A stretch of DNA of 58,206 nt from an uncultured Clostridia bacterium (GTDB taxonomy: Bacteria > Bacillota > Clostridia > Oscillospirales > Ruminococcaceae): contig CANPZQ010000001.1 in NCBI GenBank assembly GCA_947588775.1, positions 1 to 58,206 on the forward strand. The letters are read 5' to 3'. The stretch's first letter is position 1, and each line of letters begins with the position of its first letter. Below, piece by piece: positions 48,733 through 56,217 of the stretch. Below the pieces are notes generated by a model. The model was not told where the DNA came from. It did not search any database and saw only the letters and a program-made list of their open reading frames with translations. Both the position numbers and the translations under genes were made by a program.

Positions 48733-48752
48733 TTGTCTGTGCGCAGAAATCA

Positions 48753-48832
48753 GCGCGGCGGCGGAGCGTGGGGAAAGCGCGAAGCTTGGGCGGGCGGGTG
48801 GGTGGGCGCAGGGAGCAGCTCCTTCGCCGCGC
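48753..48832 (+). repeat. hairpin/G-core repeat unit U10 (arms imperfect)
   Basis: arms gcgcggcggcggagc / gctccttcgccgcgc (13 of 15 paired); interior gggcgggcgggtgggtgggcgcagg. Confidence 0.7.
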
Positions 48833-48872
48833 GTCCTCGGCGCACCCTTCGCGGGCTTTCAGCTGAGCCCCC

Positions 48873-48953
48873 GCGCGGCGCGGGGAGCTCCTTTCGCGGC
48901 TTTCATCGGCGCCCGGGTCCCACCCGCCCGCCCCACCGCTCCCCGCGCCGCGC
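48873..48953 (-). repeat. hairpin/G-core repeat unit U11
   Basis: arms gcgcggcgcggggagc / gctccccgcgccgcgc exact complements; interior cccacccgcccgcccc. Confidence 0.85.
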
Positions 48954-49028
48954 TTCTCCCCTGCCCCTTTTCTCCTCATACCTCTCTCCTCACACCCCAC
49001 CCGGTTAGCCCCTGCTAACTACAATTCT

Positions 49029-49056
49029 ATTTTATTCGATTTTATGCGTTTGTCAA
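49029..49056 (-). promoter_or_regulatory. candidate feo operon promoter
   Basis: minus strand TTGACA (49056-49051), 16 nt, TAAAAT (49034-49029); I saw no other promoter-like sequence between it and feoA. Confidence 0.4.
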
Positions 49057-49223
49057 TAGCTTTTATTCGCATTCCGGCAAATTCGGAAGTGTGTACAAAA
49101 ACAGTTAGCCGCAGCTAACTTCAATTGGGTAAAAAGACAATGTGAATCCGGCGGCACTGCATACATTGTTATAACTGTCATATTCTCGCCTTTTTTGGCA
49201 GTATCAAATTTTTGTATCAAAAC

Positions 49224-49249
49224 GCCGGAGCACACCCGCATGCTCCGGC
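49224..49249 (-). terminator. hairpin terminator after the CNNM/CorC gene
   Basis: gccggagca / tgctccggc stem; short T-tract (gTTTTg) on the minus strand. Confidence 0.5.
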
Positions 49250-49274
49250 TAAATTTATCCGTCCCGCCAAAAAA

Positions 49275-50546
49275 TTATTTTTCCTTTTCCCCGTCGTCAT
49301 CGTCGCCGCCGTCCTCCTTCGGGTTGACGGTTATCCGAACGCGCTCGATGCGCTGCTCGTCGACGGAAACGACCTTGATGTGGAACCGCCCGCAGTCGAC
49401 CTCCTCGTCGGGTTCGGGAATGTGGTCGAGGTTCTCCATGACAAGCCCGCCGATTGAGTTGCAGTCGGTTTCGATTTCATCGGGGTCAAGGCCGATATTG
49501 TCAAGAAAATCGCGGATTGAGAGGTCGGCGGAAACCTCGTATTCGTCCTCCGAAAGCTTTACGAAAGAGGTGTCCTCCTCGTCGGTTTCGTCGTAGATTT
49601 CGCCGACAAGCTCCTCAATTATGTCCTCCATCGTGACGATTCCCTGGGTGCCGCCGTACTGGTCGACGACGACCGCCATATGGGTCTTGGCGCGTTGCAT
49701 CTGCTGCATAATATCCGAGATTGGCGTAAGCTCGAATATGTAGAGCGGCTTCTGGATTATTTCGTTGATGTCGCGGCGGCCGTTGAGATACATATCGAAG
49801 AAGTTTTTCTCATGGATTATCCCGACTATCGAGTCGATTGTTTTTTCATAAACGGGAAGCCGGGAGAAATGCGACGTAATAAACGCGTCCTTGATTTCCT
49901 CGGGGCTCTGGTCGATTTCCACCGCGGAGATATTCACGCGTGGAATTAAAATTTCGCTGATGGTTATGTCTGAAAACTCAAGCGCGGATTTGACGAGGTC
50001 GCTTTCGTTTTCGTCGAGGACACCCTCGTCCTCGATTTCGTCGATGATATATTTCAGCTCTTCTTCCGTCATCGTCGGGGAATCGTTCGAGCCCCCGCAG
50101 AGCTTTATAACGATGTTTTTAAGCCCGGTAAGCAGCCATACAAGCGGCGTTAAAAGCGTTTTGAGGCCGTAGAGCGGGTATGAAATCCACATTGTAACGG
50201 TTTCCGAAAATTCGTTCGCAATATTTTTCGGGATAATTTCGCCGAAGATGATTACCAAAACCGTCATAACCGCCGTGGATACGGGGACATAGCGCGCGCC
50301 CAAGCGCGATGAAATCATTACCGTCGCGACGGTAGTCGACGCGAGGTTTACGACGTTGTTGCCGATAAGAATCGTTGTGAGCGTTCTGTCGAAGCTGTCG
50401 GTGAGTTTAATAGCCATTCTTGCGCGTTTGCTTCCCTCGTCCGCGTAGCTCCGAAGGCGCACCTTGTTCACGGACGACAGAGCCGTTTCCGACGCGGAAA
50501 AGAGTGCGGAAAGTATCAGCAGTATGACTATTATGAAAACGTCCAT
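49275..50546 (-). CDS. CNNM/CorC-type hemolysin-family protein (DUF21 TM domain, CBS pair, CorC_HlyC)
   Basis: N-terminal 4 TM with SASETAL, CBS region, C-terminal transporter-associated domain. Confidence 0.85.
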   Translation of the reverse strand: MDVFIIVILLILSALFSASETALSSVNKVRLRSYADEGSKRARMAIKLTDSFDRTLTTILIGNNVVNLASTTVATVMISSRLGARYVPVSTAVMTVLVIIFGEIIPKNIANEFSETVTMWISYPLYGLKTLLTPLVWLLTGLKNIVIKLCGGSNDSPTMTEEELKYIIDEIEDEGVLDENESDLVKSALEFSDITISEILIPRVNISAVEIDQSPEEIKDAFITSHFSRLPVYEKTIDSIVGIIHEKNFFDMYLNGRRDINEIIQKPLYIFELTPISDIMQQMQRAKTHMAVVVDQYGGTQGIVTMEDIIEELVGEIYDETDEEDTSFVKLSEDEYEVSADLSIRDFLDNIGLDPDEIETDCNSIGGLVMENLDHIPEPDEEVDCGRFHIKVVSVDEQRIERVRITVNPKEDGGDDDDGEKEK

Positions 50547-50628
50547 TAAAGAGTATCAAACCTTTCTGTGTATAAGCGGAATTTCGCGCACACCCGTTTT
50601 TCGCCTGCGCACAATTATACACGATGAC

Positions 50629-50657
50629 AGTATAGCACAAGAATAGAGGGATGTCAA
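50629..50657 (-). promoter_or_regulatory. candidate promoter of the CNNM/CorC gene
   Basis: minus strand TTGACA (50657-50652), 17 nt, TATACT (50634-50629). Confidence 0.55.
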
Positions 50658-50811
50658 GGGGTGGGGAGGGGGGCGGTGCGTCCATTCCGCCCGCAATATC
50701 CCAGTATTTAAATCTGCCACCAAAGTGACGCCTTGTAATTCTGATTTCCGACTTCTGACTTCTGCCCTCTTGATGTGGCCGCTTCGGCCACATCTTAATC
50801 CTCCCCTCCCC

Positions 50812-50840
50812 TTGACTATTCCCCTCCAAAATGGTACAAT
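50812..50840 (+). promoter_or_regulatory. candidate promoter of the PHP-GT2-YfhO genes
   Basis: TTGACT 50812-50817, 17 nt ending in TGg, TACAAT 50835-50840. Confidence 0.55.
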
Positions 50841-50871
50841 ACTGTATATATCCAAAAAAGAAGGGCGAGTT

Positions 50872-51621
50872 ATGTTATTCAAATACGAAACGCACATGCA
50901 TACGTCGCAGGGGTCGGCTTGCTCCTCCTGCTCGGGGGCGAAGATGGTGGAGCGGCTTTATGAGCTCGGGTATTCGGGGTGCTTTATTACCGACCACTTC
51001 TTCGGGGGGAATACCGCCGTCGACCGGTCGCTTCCCTGGGAAACAAAGGTCCGGCTCTTCTGTCAGGGCTACGAGGACGCGAAGCGGCGGGGCGATGAGC
51101 TTGGGCTCGACGTTTTCTTCGGGCTCGAATACGGCTGGTTCTCCACAGAATTTCTGACATACGGAATTGACATGGAATTTTTGCTCGCGCATCCCGAAAT
51201 CGACAACATGCCGCTCGACCGGTTTGCCGCGCTTGTTCATGAAAACGGCGGATTTTTGGTTCATGCGCACCCGTTCCGCGAGGCGGATTATATCTCCGTC
51301 ATCAGGCTCTATCCCCATGCCGTCGACGCGGTTGAGGCCGTGAACGCGAGCCATGTGAATCCCGCCTTCGACGCACGCGCAAGGTTCTACGCCGAATCCT
51401 ACGGACTGCCGGCGACAGGCGGCTCCGACGCGCATCATATCTGGAACCACCCCGGCGGAGGAATCGCCCTCGACGAAAAGCTGAGCTCCCCCGCCGACTA
51501 TCTCGAAAGGCTGAAAAGCGGGCGGATAACGAAAATTCTCGAACGCGACGAGAGCGTCGCGCTCCCATGGCCCGCGGACATGTGGAAGGACGCCGTGCGC
51601 CCCGACATGAGCCTGCTGTAA
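50872..51621 (+). CDS. PHP-domain (histidinol-phosphatase-like) metal-dependent phosphoesterase
   Basis: N-terminal YETHMHT, later HAHPFRE and GGSDAHH motifs; ATG 50872 (the track ORF N-terminus covers promoter and repeats). Confidence 0.7.
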   Translation: MLFKYETHMHTSQGSACSSCSGAKMVERLYELGYSGCFITDHFFGGNTAVDRSLPWETKVRLFCQGYEDAKRRGDELGLDVFFGLEYGWFSTEFLTYGIDMEFLLAHPEIDNMPLDRFAALVHENGGFLVHAHPFREADYISVIRLYPHAVDAVEAVNASHVNPAFDARARFYAESYGLPATGGSDAHHIWNHPGGGIALDEKLSSPADYLERLKSGRITKILERDESVALPWPADMWKDAVRPDMSLL

Positions 51622-51631
51622 AGGAGTAAGA

Positions 51632-52543
51632 ATGATTTCTGTGATTATTCCCTCCTACAACGAGGAGGAAAACATCGCCGCAGCCGCTTCGGAGATTTCC
51701 GGGGTGATGGAAAAGACCGGCGAGGACTACGAAATCGTCTTTGTCGACGACGGTTCAAAGGATAAAACCTGGGAAAAAATTCTCGCCGTTTCGGGGGAGA
51801 AAATCCGCGGGCTTCGGTTTTCGCGGAATTTCGGCAAGGAGGCCGCCATCCGCGCGGGGCTCGATTCCGCGCTCGGCGACGCGGTCGTCGTAATCGACTG
51901 CGATTTGCAGCACCCGCCCGAAGCTATCCCCGAAATGCTCGAAAAATGGCGCGGCGGCGCGGACGTAGTCGAGGGAAAGAAGTCCTTTCGCGGGCGCGAG
52001 GCGAAAAGCTACGGCTTTTTGGCGAATATCTTCAATTCGATGATGAGCCGCGCGACGGGATTCGATATGTCCAACGCCTCCGATTTCATGCTCCTCGACC
52101 GCAAGGCGGTGGAGGCGGTGAGGCTCTACGGCGAGGGCGGAAGCTTTTTCCGCGCGCTCGCGCAGTTCGTCGGCTTTAATACCGAAACGGTGGAATACGA
52201 GGTGTCGGCCCGCGAACGCGGCAAGGGAAAGTTTACGTTCGGCAGCCTTTTTTCCTGCGCCGTGAAAACAATAGCCTCGTTCACCGATTTTCCGCTCTAT
52301 ATCGGGCTGTTCGCGGGGGCGGGGACATGTATAGCCGCCGCGGTGCTGTTTGTTTTGAAGCTTTTTAAGGTGCAGCTCGGGTCGTTCGACGGCGCAGAAA
52401 TCGCGATTATCTTTCTCGGCGGGCTGATTCTCTGCGCGACGGGCGCGCTCGGCTTCTACCTTTCGAGAATTTATGAGGAAGTAAAAAAACGCCCGAAATA
52501 TATTATTTTCGGGGATACCCGCGACAGGGAGGTTAAAAAGTGA
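51632..52543 (+). CDS. GT2 glycosyltransferase of the GtrB/CsbB (polyprenyl-phosphate sugar synthase) type
   Basis: VIIPSYNEEENI, FVDDGSKD, DCDLQHPP, two C-terminal TM helices. Confidence 0.8.
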   Translation: MISVIIPSYNEEENIAAAASEISGVMEKTGEDYEIVFVDDGSKDKTWEKILAVSGEKIRGLRFSRNFGKEAAIRAGLDSALGDAVVVIDCDLQHPPEAIPEMLEKWRGGADVVEGKKSFRGREAKSYGFLANIFNSMMSRATGFDMSNASDFMLLDRKAVEAVRLYGEGGSFFRALAQFVGFNTETVEYEVSARERGKGKFTFGSLFSCAVKTIASFTDFPLYIGLFAGAGTCIAAAVLFVLKLFKVQLGSFDGAEIAIIFLGGLILCATGALGFYLSRIYEEVKKRPKYIIFGDTRDREVKK

Positions 52544-55392
52544 CAGAAAACGAATTCAATGAGATAAATCCCGCGCAGACGGCCGAGGCCGAAAACGCCG
52601 GGGAGGAAGCCGGCGAAGCCGTCGCCGAAAAAAAGTCCCTCGGGGAGCGGATTTCCGGCTTCTTCGGGGAAAACCCGGTCGGAAAATGGGTTTATAAGCA
52701 CCGCGTCGGGCTTTCGGCGTTTTTCCTGCCGGTTCTGATAATGTATCTCGTATACGCCTGCTTCGGGGTTCACCCGTTCGGGGACATGTCCGTTCTTGTT
52801 CTCGACCTCAACGGACAGTACGTCAGCTACTACGAGGCGTTCCGCGACGCAATATGGGGCGACGGGAGCCTTACCTACAGCTGGTCGAGGAACCTCTCGG
52901 GCGAAACTATGGGAATGTTCGGCTACTATCTCGCGAGCCCGTTTATGTGGATAGTGGTGCTTCTGCCGCGCACAATGATTCTGGGCGCGCTTGAAATAAT
53001 GGAGCTTGCAAAGGTCGGCTGCTGCGGGCTTTCGATGGCGTATTACCTAAGAAGAAGCAAGGGCGCGAAGCCGTCATCTCAGGTGATTTTCTCGGTTTCC
53101 TACGCGCTTATGACCTATATCGTCGTGGAGCTTATGAACCCGATGTGGATAGACGGTATGATTTGGCTGCCGATAATTCTTCTCGGGATTGAGCGGCTTG
53201 TAGACGAGGGCAAAATGCTCCCGTTCATACTTCCGCTTACCGTGATGTTCATCTCCCACTTCTACATCGGCTACATGATAGGCTTTTTCTGCGCGCTTTA
53301 CTTTATCTACTATATCTTCTCCCGACCGGGACATATTATCGCCCCGCGCTGGCTTTCGGGAGGGGCTAAGTTTGCCGGCTCGGCGGTTATTTCGGTTCTC
53401 GCCTCGGCGATTGTGCTTATACCCGTCTACAACTCCCTGAGCCTCGGAAAGCTCGAATTTTCCACCCCCGACTTCACCCCGAAGCACCAGTTCGACATTT
53501 TCCAGTTCCTCTCAAAGCTCTATACAAACAGCTACGACAACGTCCGCCCCGAGGGGCTGCCGATGATTGCCTGCGGGACGATTGTGATGATGCTTCTGCC
53601 GCTGTTTTTCCTCAATTCAAAGATAAAGGCGAAGGAAAAGATTGCGAACGCGCTTTTGATGCTCGCCGTTTTCGGGAGCATGTACGTTTCCACCGTCGAC
53701 ATCGCGTGGCACGGCTTCCAGGTGCCGAACTGGCTTCCGTACAGGTATTCCTTCACGTTCTCGTTTATGATGATAATCTGCGCGTTCCGGGCATTTGAAA
53801 ACCTCGACGGCGTTTCCGAAAAGGACGTCGGGCTTACGGCGTTCGGGTGGATTGCGCTTCTGGCGTTCATTAACCATCAGCAGTATCTTCACATGTATCT
53901 CTTTGAAACGGTGTGGTTCTGCGTTTTGGCGTTATGCGTATTCGCGGGGCTTCTTTGCGTCTGCAAAAAATATCCCCGCAGCGTTTCGGTTTTCGTAACG
54001 GGAGCGGCGGTTTGCGTTGAAATATTCATAAACAGCCTCTGGACGGTTTATTCAATCGACTACGACGTCGTATACAGCACCTATTCGTCCTATGTTCCCT
54101 ACTTCAAGAACGGCCGTGAAATCGTCCGCCAGCTCGAAGAGCGCGACGACGGGCTCTACCGCGTCGAAAAGACCTTCCACCGGACCGTAAACGACCCCAT
54201 CGGAATGGGCTACGCGGGGATTTCACACTCGAGCTCAACGATGAACACCCCGGTTCTTACGATGCTTAAATCCCTCGGCTACGGAATGCAGGGGCATTTC
54301 ACGAAATATACCGGACAGACCCCGCTTACCGACATGCTATTCGGCATCAAGTACCTTATGTATAAGGAAAACCGCGCCGAAGCAAGCGACGAGGGCGTTC
54401 CCCCGAGCGAGGACGATATAAAGCGCATAAGCTATGAAAACGAGATAAAACGCCCGTGGGACGGCTACAGCCTTATTATGTCCCCCGAAACGACCGGGGT
54501 TGACGATATAGAGGTTTACGAAAACCCCTACGCCCTCGCAGTCGGATATATGGCCGACCCGGATATTTTAGACGTTAAGCTTGATTCCGTCGACCCGTTC
54601 CGGAATCAGGAAAACCTCCTCGGGGCGATTATCGGCGACAGGTCGGGGCGGATTTTCCGCCAGATTTATCCGCGCTTTACCGATACCACCAACTGCACCA
54701 CTGCGACGACGGGCGACCATATCATGTATACCACCGCGGTGGAGGGGAAGGACAGCTACGTCGAATTTACCGTCGACGTTGAAACCGACCAGCCGGTGTT
54801 CGCGTTCTTCCCGACGATTTACCAGCGTCAGTGCAATATGTGGCTCAAGGCGGATTCATGGGACATCGACAACTACGCGTTCGTCGACTACTTCTTCAAG
54901 GGCGAAAACTACAGCATCTTAAACCTCGGCTCCTTCGAGCCGGGAGAGAGCTTCAAGCTCAGAATGACGCTCGCAAACGGCGAGGCGATTTTCTCCGACG
55001 TTCTGTTCTACTCCCTTAACGCGGACGCGCTCGAAGAGGCGTATAACAAAATCAAGGGCGGAAACTGGAACATCACAGAGCACACCGACACCCATCTTAA
55101 AGGAAACGTAACCGCCGCGAAGGACGGATACCTTATGACGACGATTCCCGAGGAGCCGGGCTGGACGGTTTGGGTCGACGGAGAAAAGGTTGAAACGGTA
55201 ACTCTTCTGGATTCGCTGATAGGGATTCCCCTTGACGCCGGAGAGCACGAAATCGAGATGAAATTCCTTCCGGACTATCTTATTCTCGCGATAATCGTCG
55301 AGCTAATCGGGCTGTCGTTTATCGGCATTGTCGCCGTATTCGAGGTCAAAAACGGCGCGCTTTTAAAAAAGATTATCCGCAAAACTGCTTGA
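52540..55392 (+). CDS. YfhO-family polytopic membrane protein (putative glycopolymer glycosyltransferase)
   Basis: 950 aa, ~13 N-terminal TM, ~400-aa extracytoplasmic domain, terminal TM; 4-nt overlap with the GtrB-like gene. Confidence 0.7.
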   Translation: MTENEFNEINPAQTAEAENAGEEAGEAVAEKKSLGERISGFFGENPVGKWVYKHRVGLSAFFLPVLIMYLVYACFGVHPFGDMSVLVLDLNGQYVSYYEAFRDAIWGDGSLTYSWSRNLSGETMGMFGYYLASPFMWIVVLLPRTMILGALEIMELAKVGCCGLSMAYYLRRSKGAKPSSQVIFSVSYALMTYIVVELMNPMWIDGMIWLPIILLGIERLVDEGKMLPFILPLTVMFISHFYIGYMIGFFCALYFIYYIFSRPGHIIAPRWLSGGAKFAGSAVISVLASAIVLIPVYNSLSLGKLEFSTPDFTPKHQFDIFQFLSKLYTNSYDNVRPEGLPMIACGTIVMMLLPLFFLNSKIKAKEKIANALLMLAVFGSMYVSTVDIAWHGFQVPNWLPYRYSFTFSFMMIICAFRAFENLDGVSEKDVGLTAFGWIALLAFINHQQYLHMYLFETVWFCVLALCVFAGLLCVCKKYPRSVSVFVTGAAVCVEIFINSLWTVYSIDYDVVYSTYSSYVPYFKNGREIVRQLEERDDGLYRVEKTFHRTVNDPIGMGYAGISHSSSTMNTPVLTMLKSLGYGMQGHFTKYTGQTPLTDMLFGIKYLMYKENRAEASDEGVPPSEDDIKRISYENEIKRPWDGYSLIMSPETTGVDDIEVYENPYALAVGYMADPDILDVKLDSVDPFRNQENLLGAIIGDRSGRIFRQIYPRFTDTTNCTTATTGDHIMYTTAVEGKDSYVEFTVDVETDQPVFAFFPTIYQRQCNMWLKADSWDIDNYAFVDYFFKGENYSILNLGSFEPGESFKLRMTLANGEAIFSDVLFYSLNADALEEAYNKIKGGNWNITEHTDTHLKGNVTAAKDGYLMTTIPEEPGWTVWVDGEKVETVTLLDSLIGIPLDAGEHEIEMKFLPDYLILAIIVELIGLSFIGIVAVFEVKNGALLKKIIRKTA

Positions 55393-55459
55393 CGGCGGCG
55401 AGGATTTGTGGTATCATTGTCTATGAAAAATTTTCCCGAAAAAAAGGAGATATTGCGTT

Positions 55460-56032
55460 ATGAAATTCATCGTTGAAACATCCGCGAGGCACGTTCACGT
55501 TACCGAGGAGGATTTAAAGGTTCTCTTCGGCGAAAACGCAACGCTTACCAAGAAAAAAGACCTTTCCCAGCCCGGGCAGTTCGCCTGTGAGGAGCGCGTT
55601 ACCGTCGTCGGCCCGAAGAAGGAGCTCGCCAACGTTTCTATCCTCGGCCCCTGCCGCAAGGCTACGCAGGTCGAGCTTTCCGCCACCGACGCGCGTTCCG
55701 TCGGAATTACCGCCCCCGTCCGCGAATCGGGCGACCTCGCCGGCTCGGGAGCCTGCAAGCTTGTCGGCCCCTGCGGCGAAATTGAGCTCAAAGAGGGCGT
55801 AATCATCGCAAAACGCCACATTCATCTCACCCCCGAGGACGCCGCCTCGCTCGGCGTTAAGGATAAGGACATCGTCTGGGTAAGATGCGACACCCCCGAG
55901 AGAAGCGCGATTCTGGGCGACGTAGTATGCCGCGTAAGCTCTTCCTACGCCACCGCGATGCACATCGACACCGACGAATCCAACGCCATCGGCTCCGCAA
56001 GAGAGCAGTGGGGCGAAATCGTCAGAATCTGA
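55460..56032 (+). CDS. pduL: phosphate propanoyltransferase PduL
   Basis: duplicated SARHVHVTEEDLKVLFG / AKRHIHLTPEDAASLG motifs, 190 aa. Confidence 0.85.
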   Translation: MKFIVETSARHVHVTEEDLKVLFGENATLTKKKDLSQPGQFACEERVTVVGPKKELANVSILGPCRKATQVELSATDARSVGITAPVRESGDLAGSGACKLVGPCGEIELKEGVIIAKRHIHLTPEDAASLGVKDKDIVWVRCDTPERSAILGDVVCRVSSSYATAMHIDTDESNAIGSAREQWGEIVRI

Positions 56033-56053
56033 TTGGAAAAATAAGGATAAATC

Positions 56054-56084
56054 AAAGGCCGCGCCGAAAAAGCACGGCCTTTTT
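56054..56084 (+). terminator. intrinsic terminator after pduL
   Basis: aaaggccg .. cggccttt stem, T-run 56080-56084. Confidence 0.75.
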
Positions 56085-56217
56085 GATTTTGCGAAAGCTT
56101 TATATGAGCATTTGTCAAATAAGCGGTAAGTTTACGCCATTGTTTTTTCGGGGGAATTGTTGTACAATGTACTCAGGTAAAAATTTACCCAATCAAAGTT
56201 TTTTGGAGGAATTAACA

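Noticed and set aside
48487-48953. Possibility that the clustered GC-rich repeats are a CRISPR array
   Set aside because: The units are ~80-97 bp hairpins with variable arms and a conserved interior. They alternate in orientation, their spacing is irregular, and there are no unique spacers or cas genes.
55885-56217. N-terminal 111 codons of track ORF 55885-56904
   Set aside because: They overlap the pduL 3' end, its terminator and the intergenic region, and are Arg-rich. The real gene starts at ATG 56218 with a GGAGG RBS and a signal peptide.
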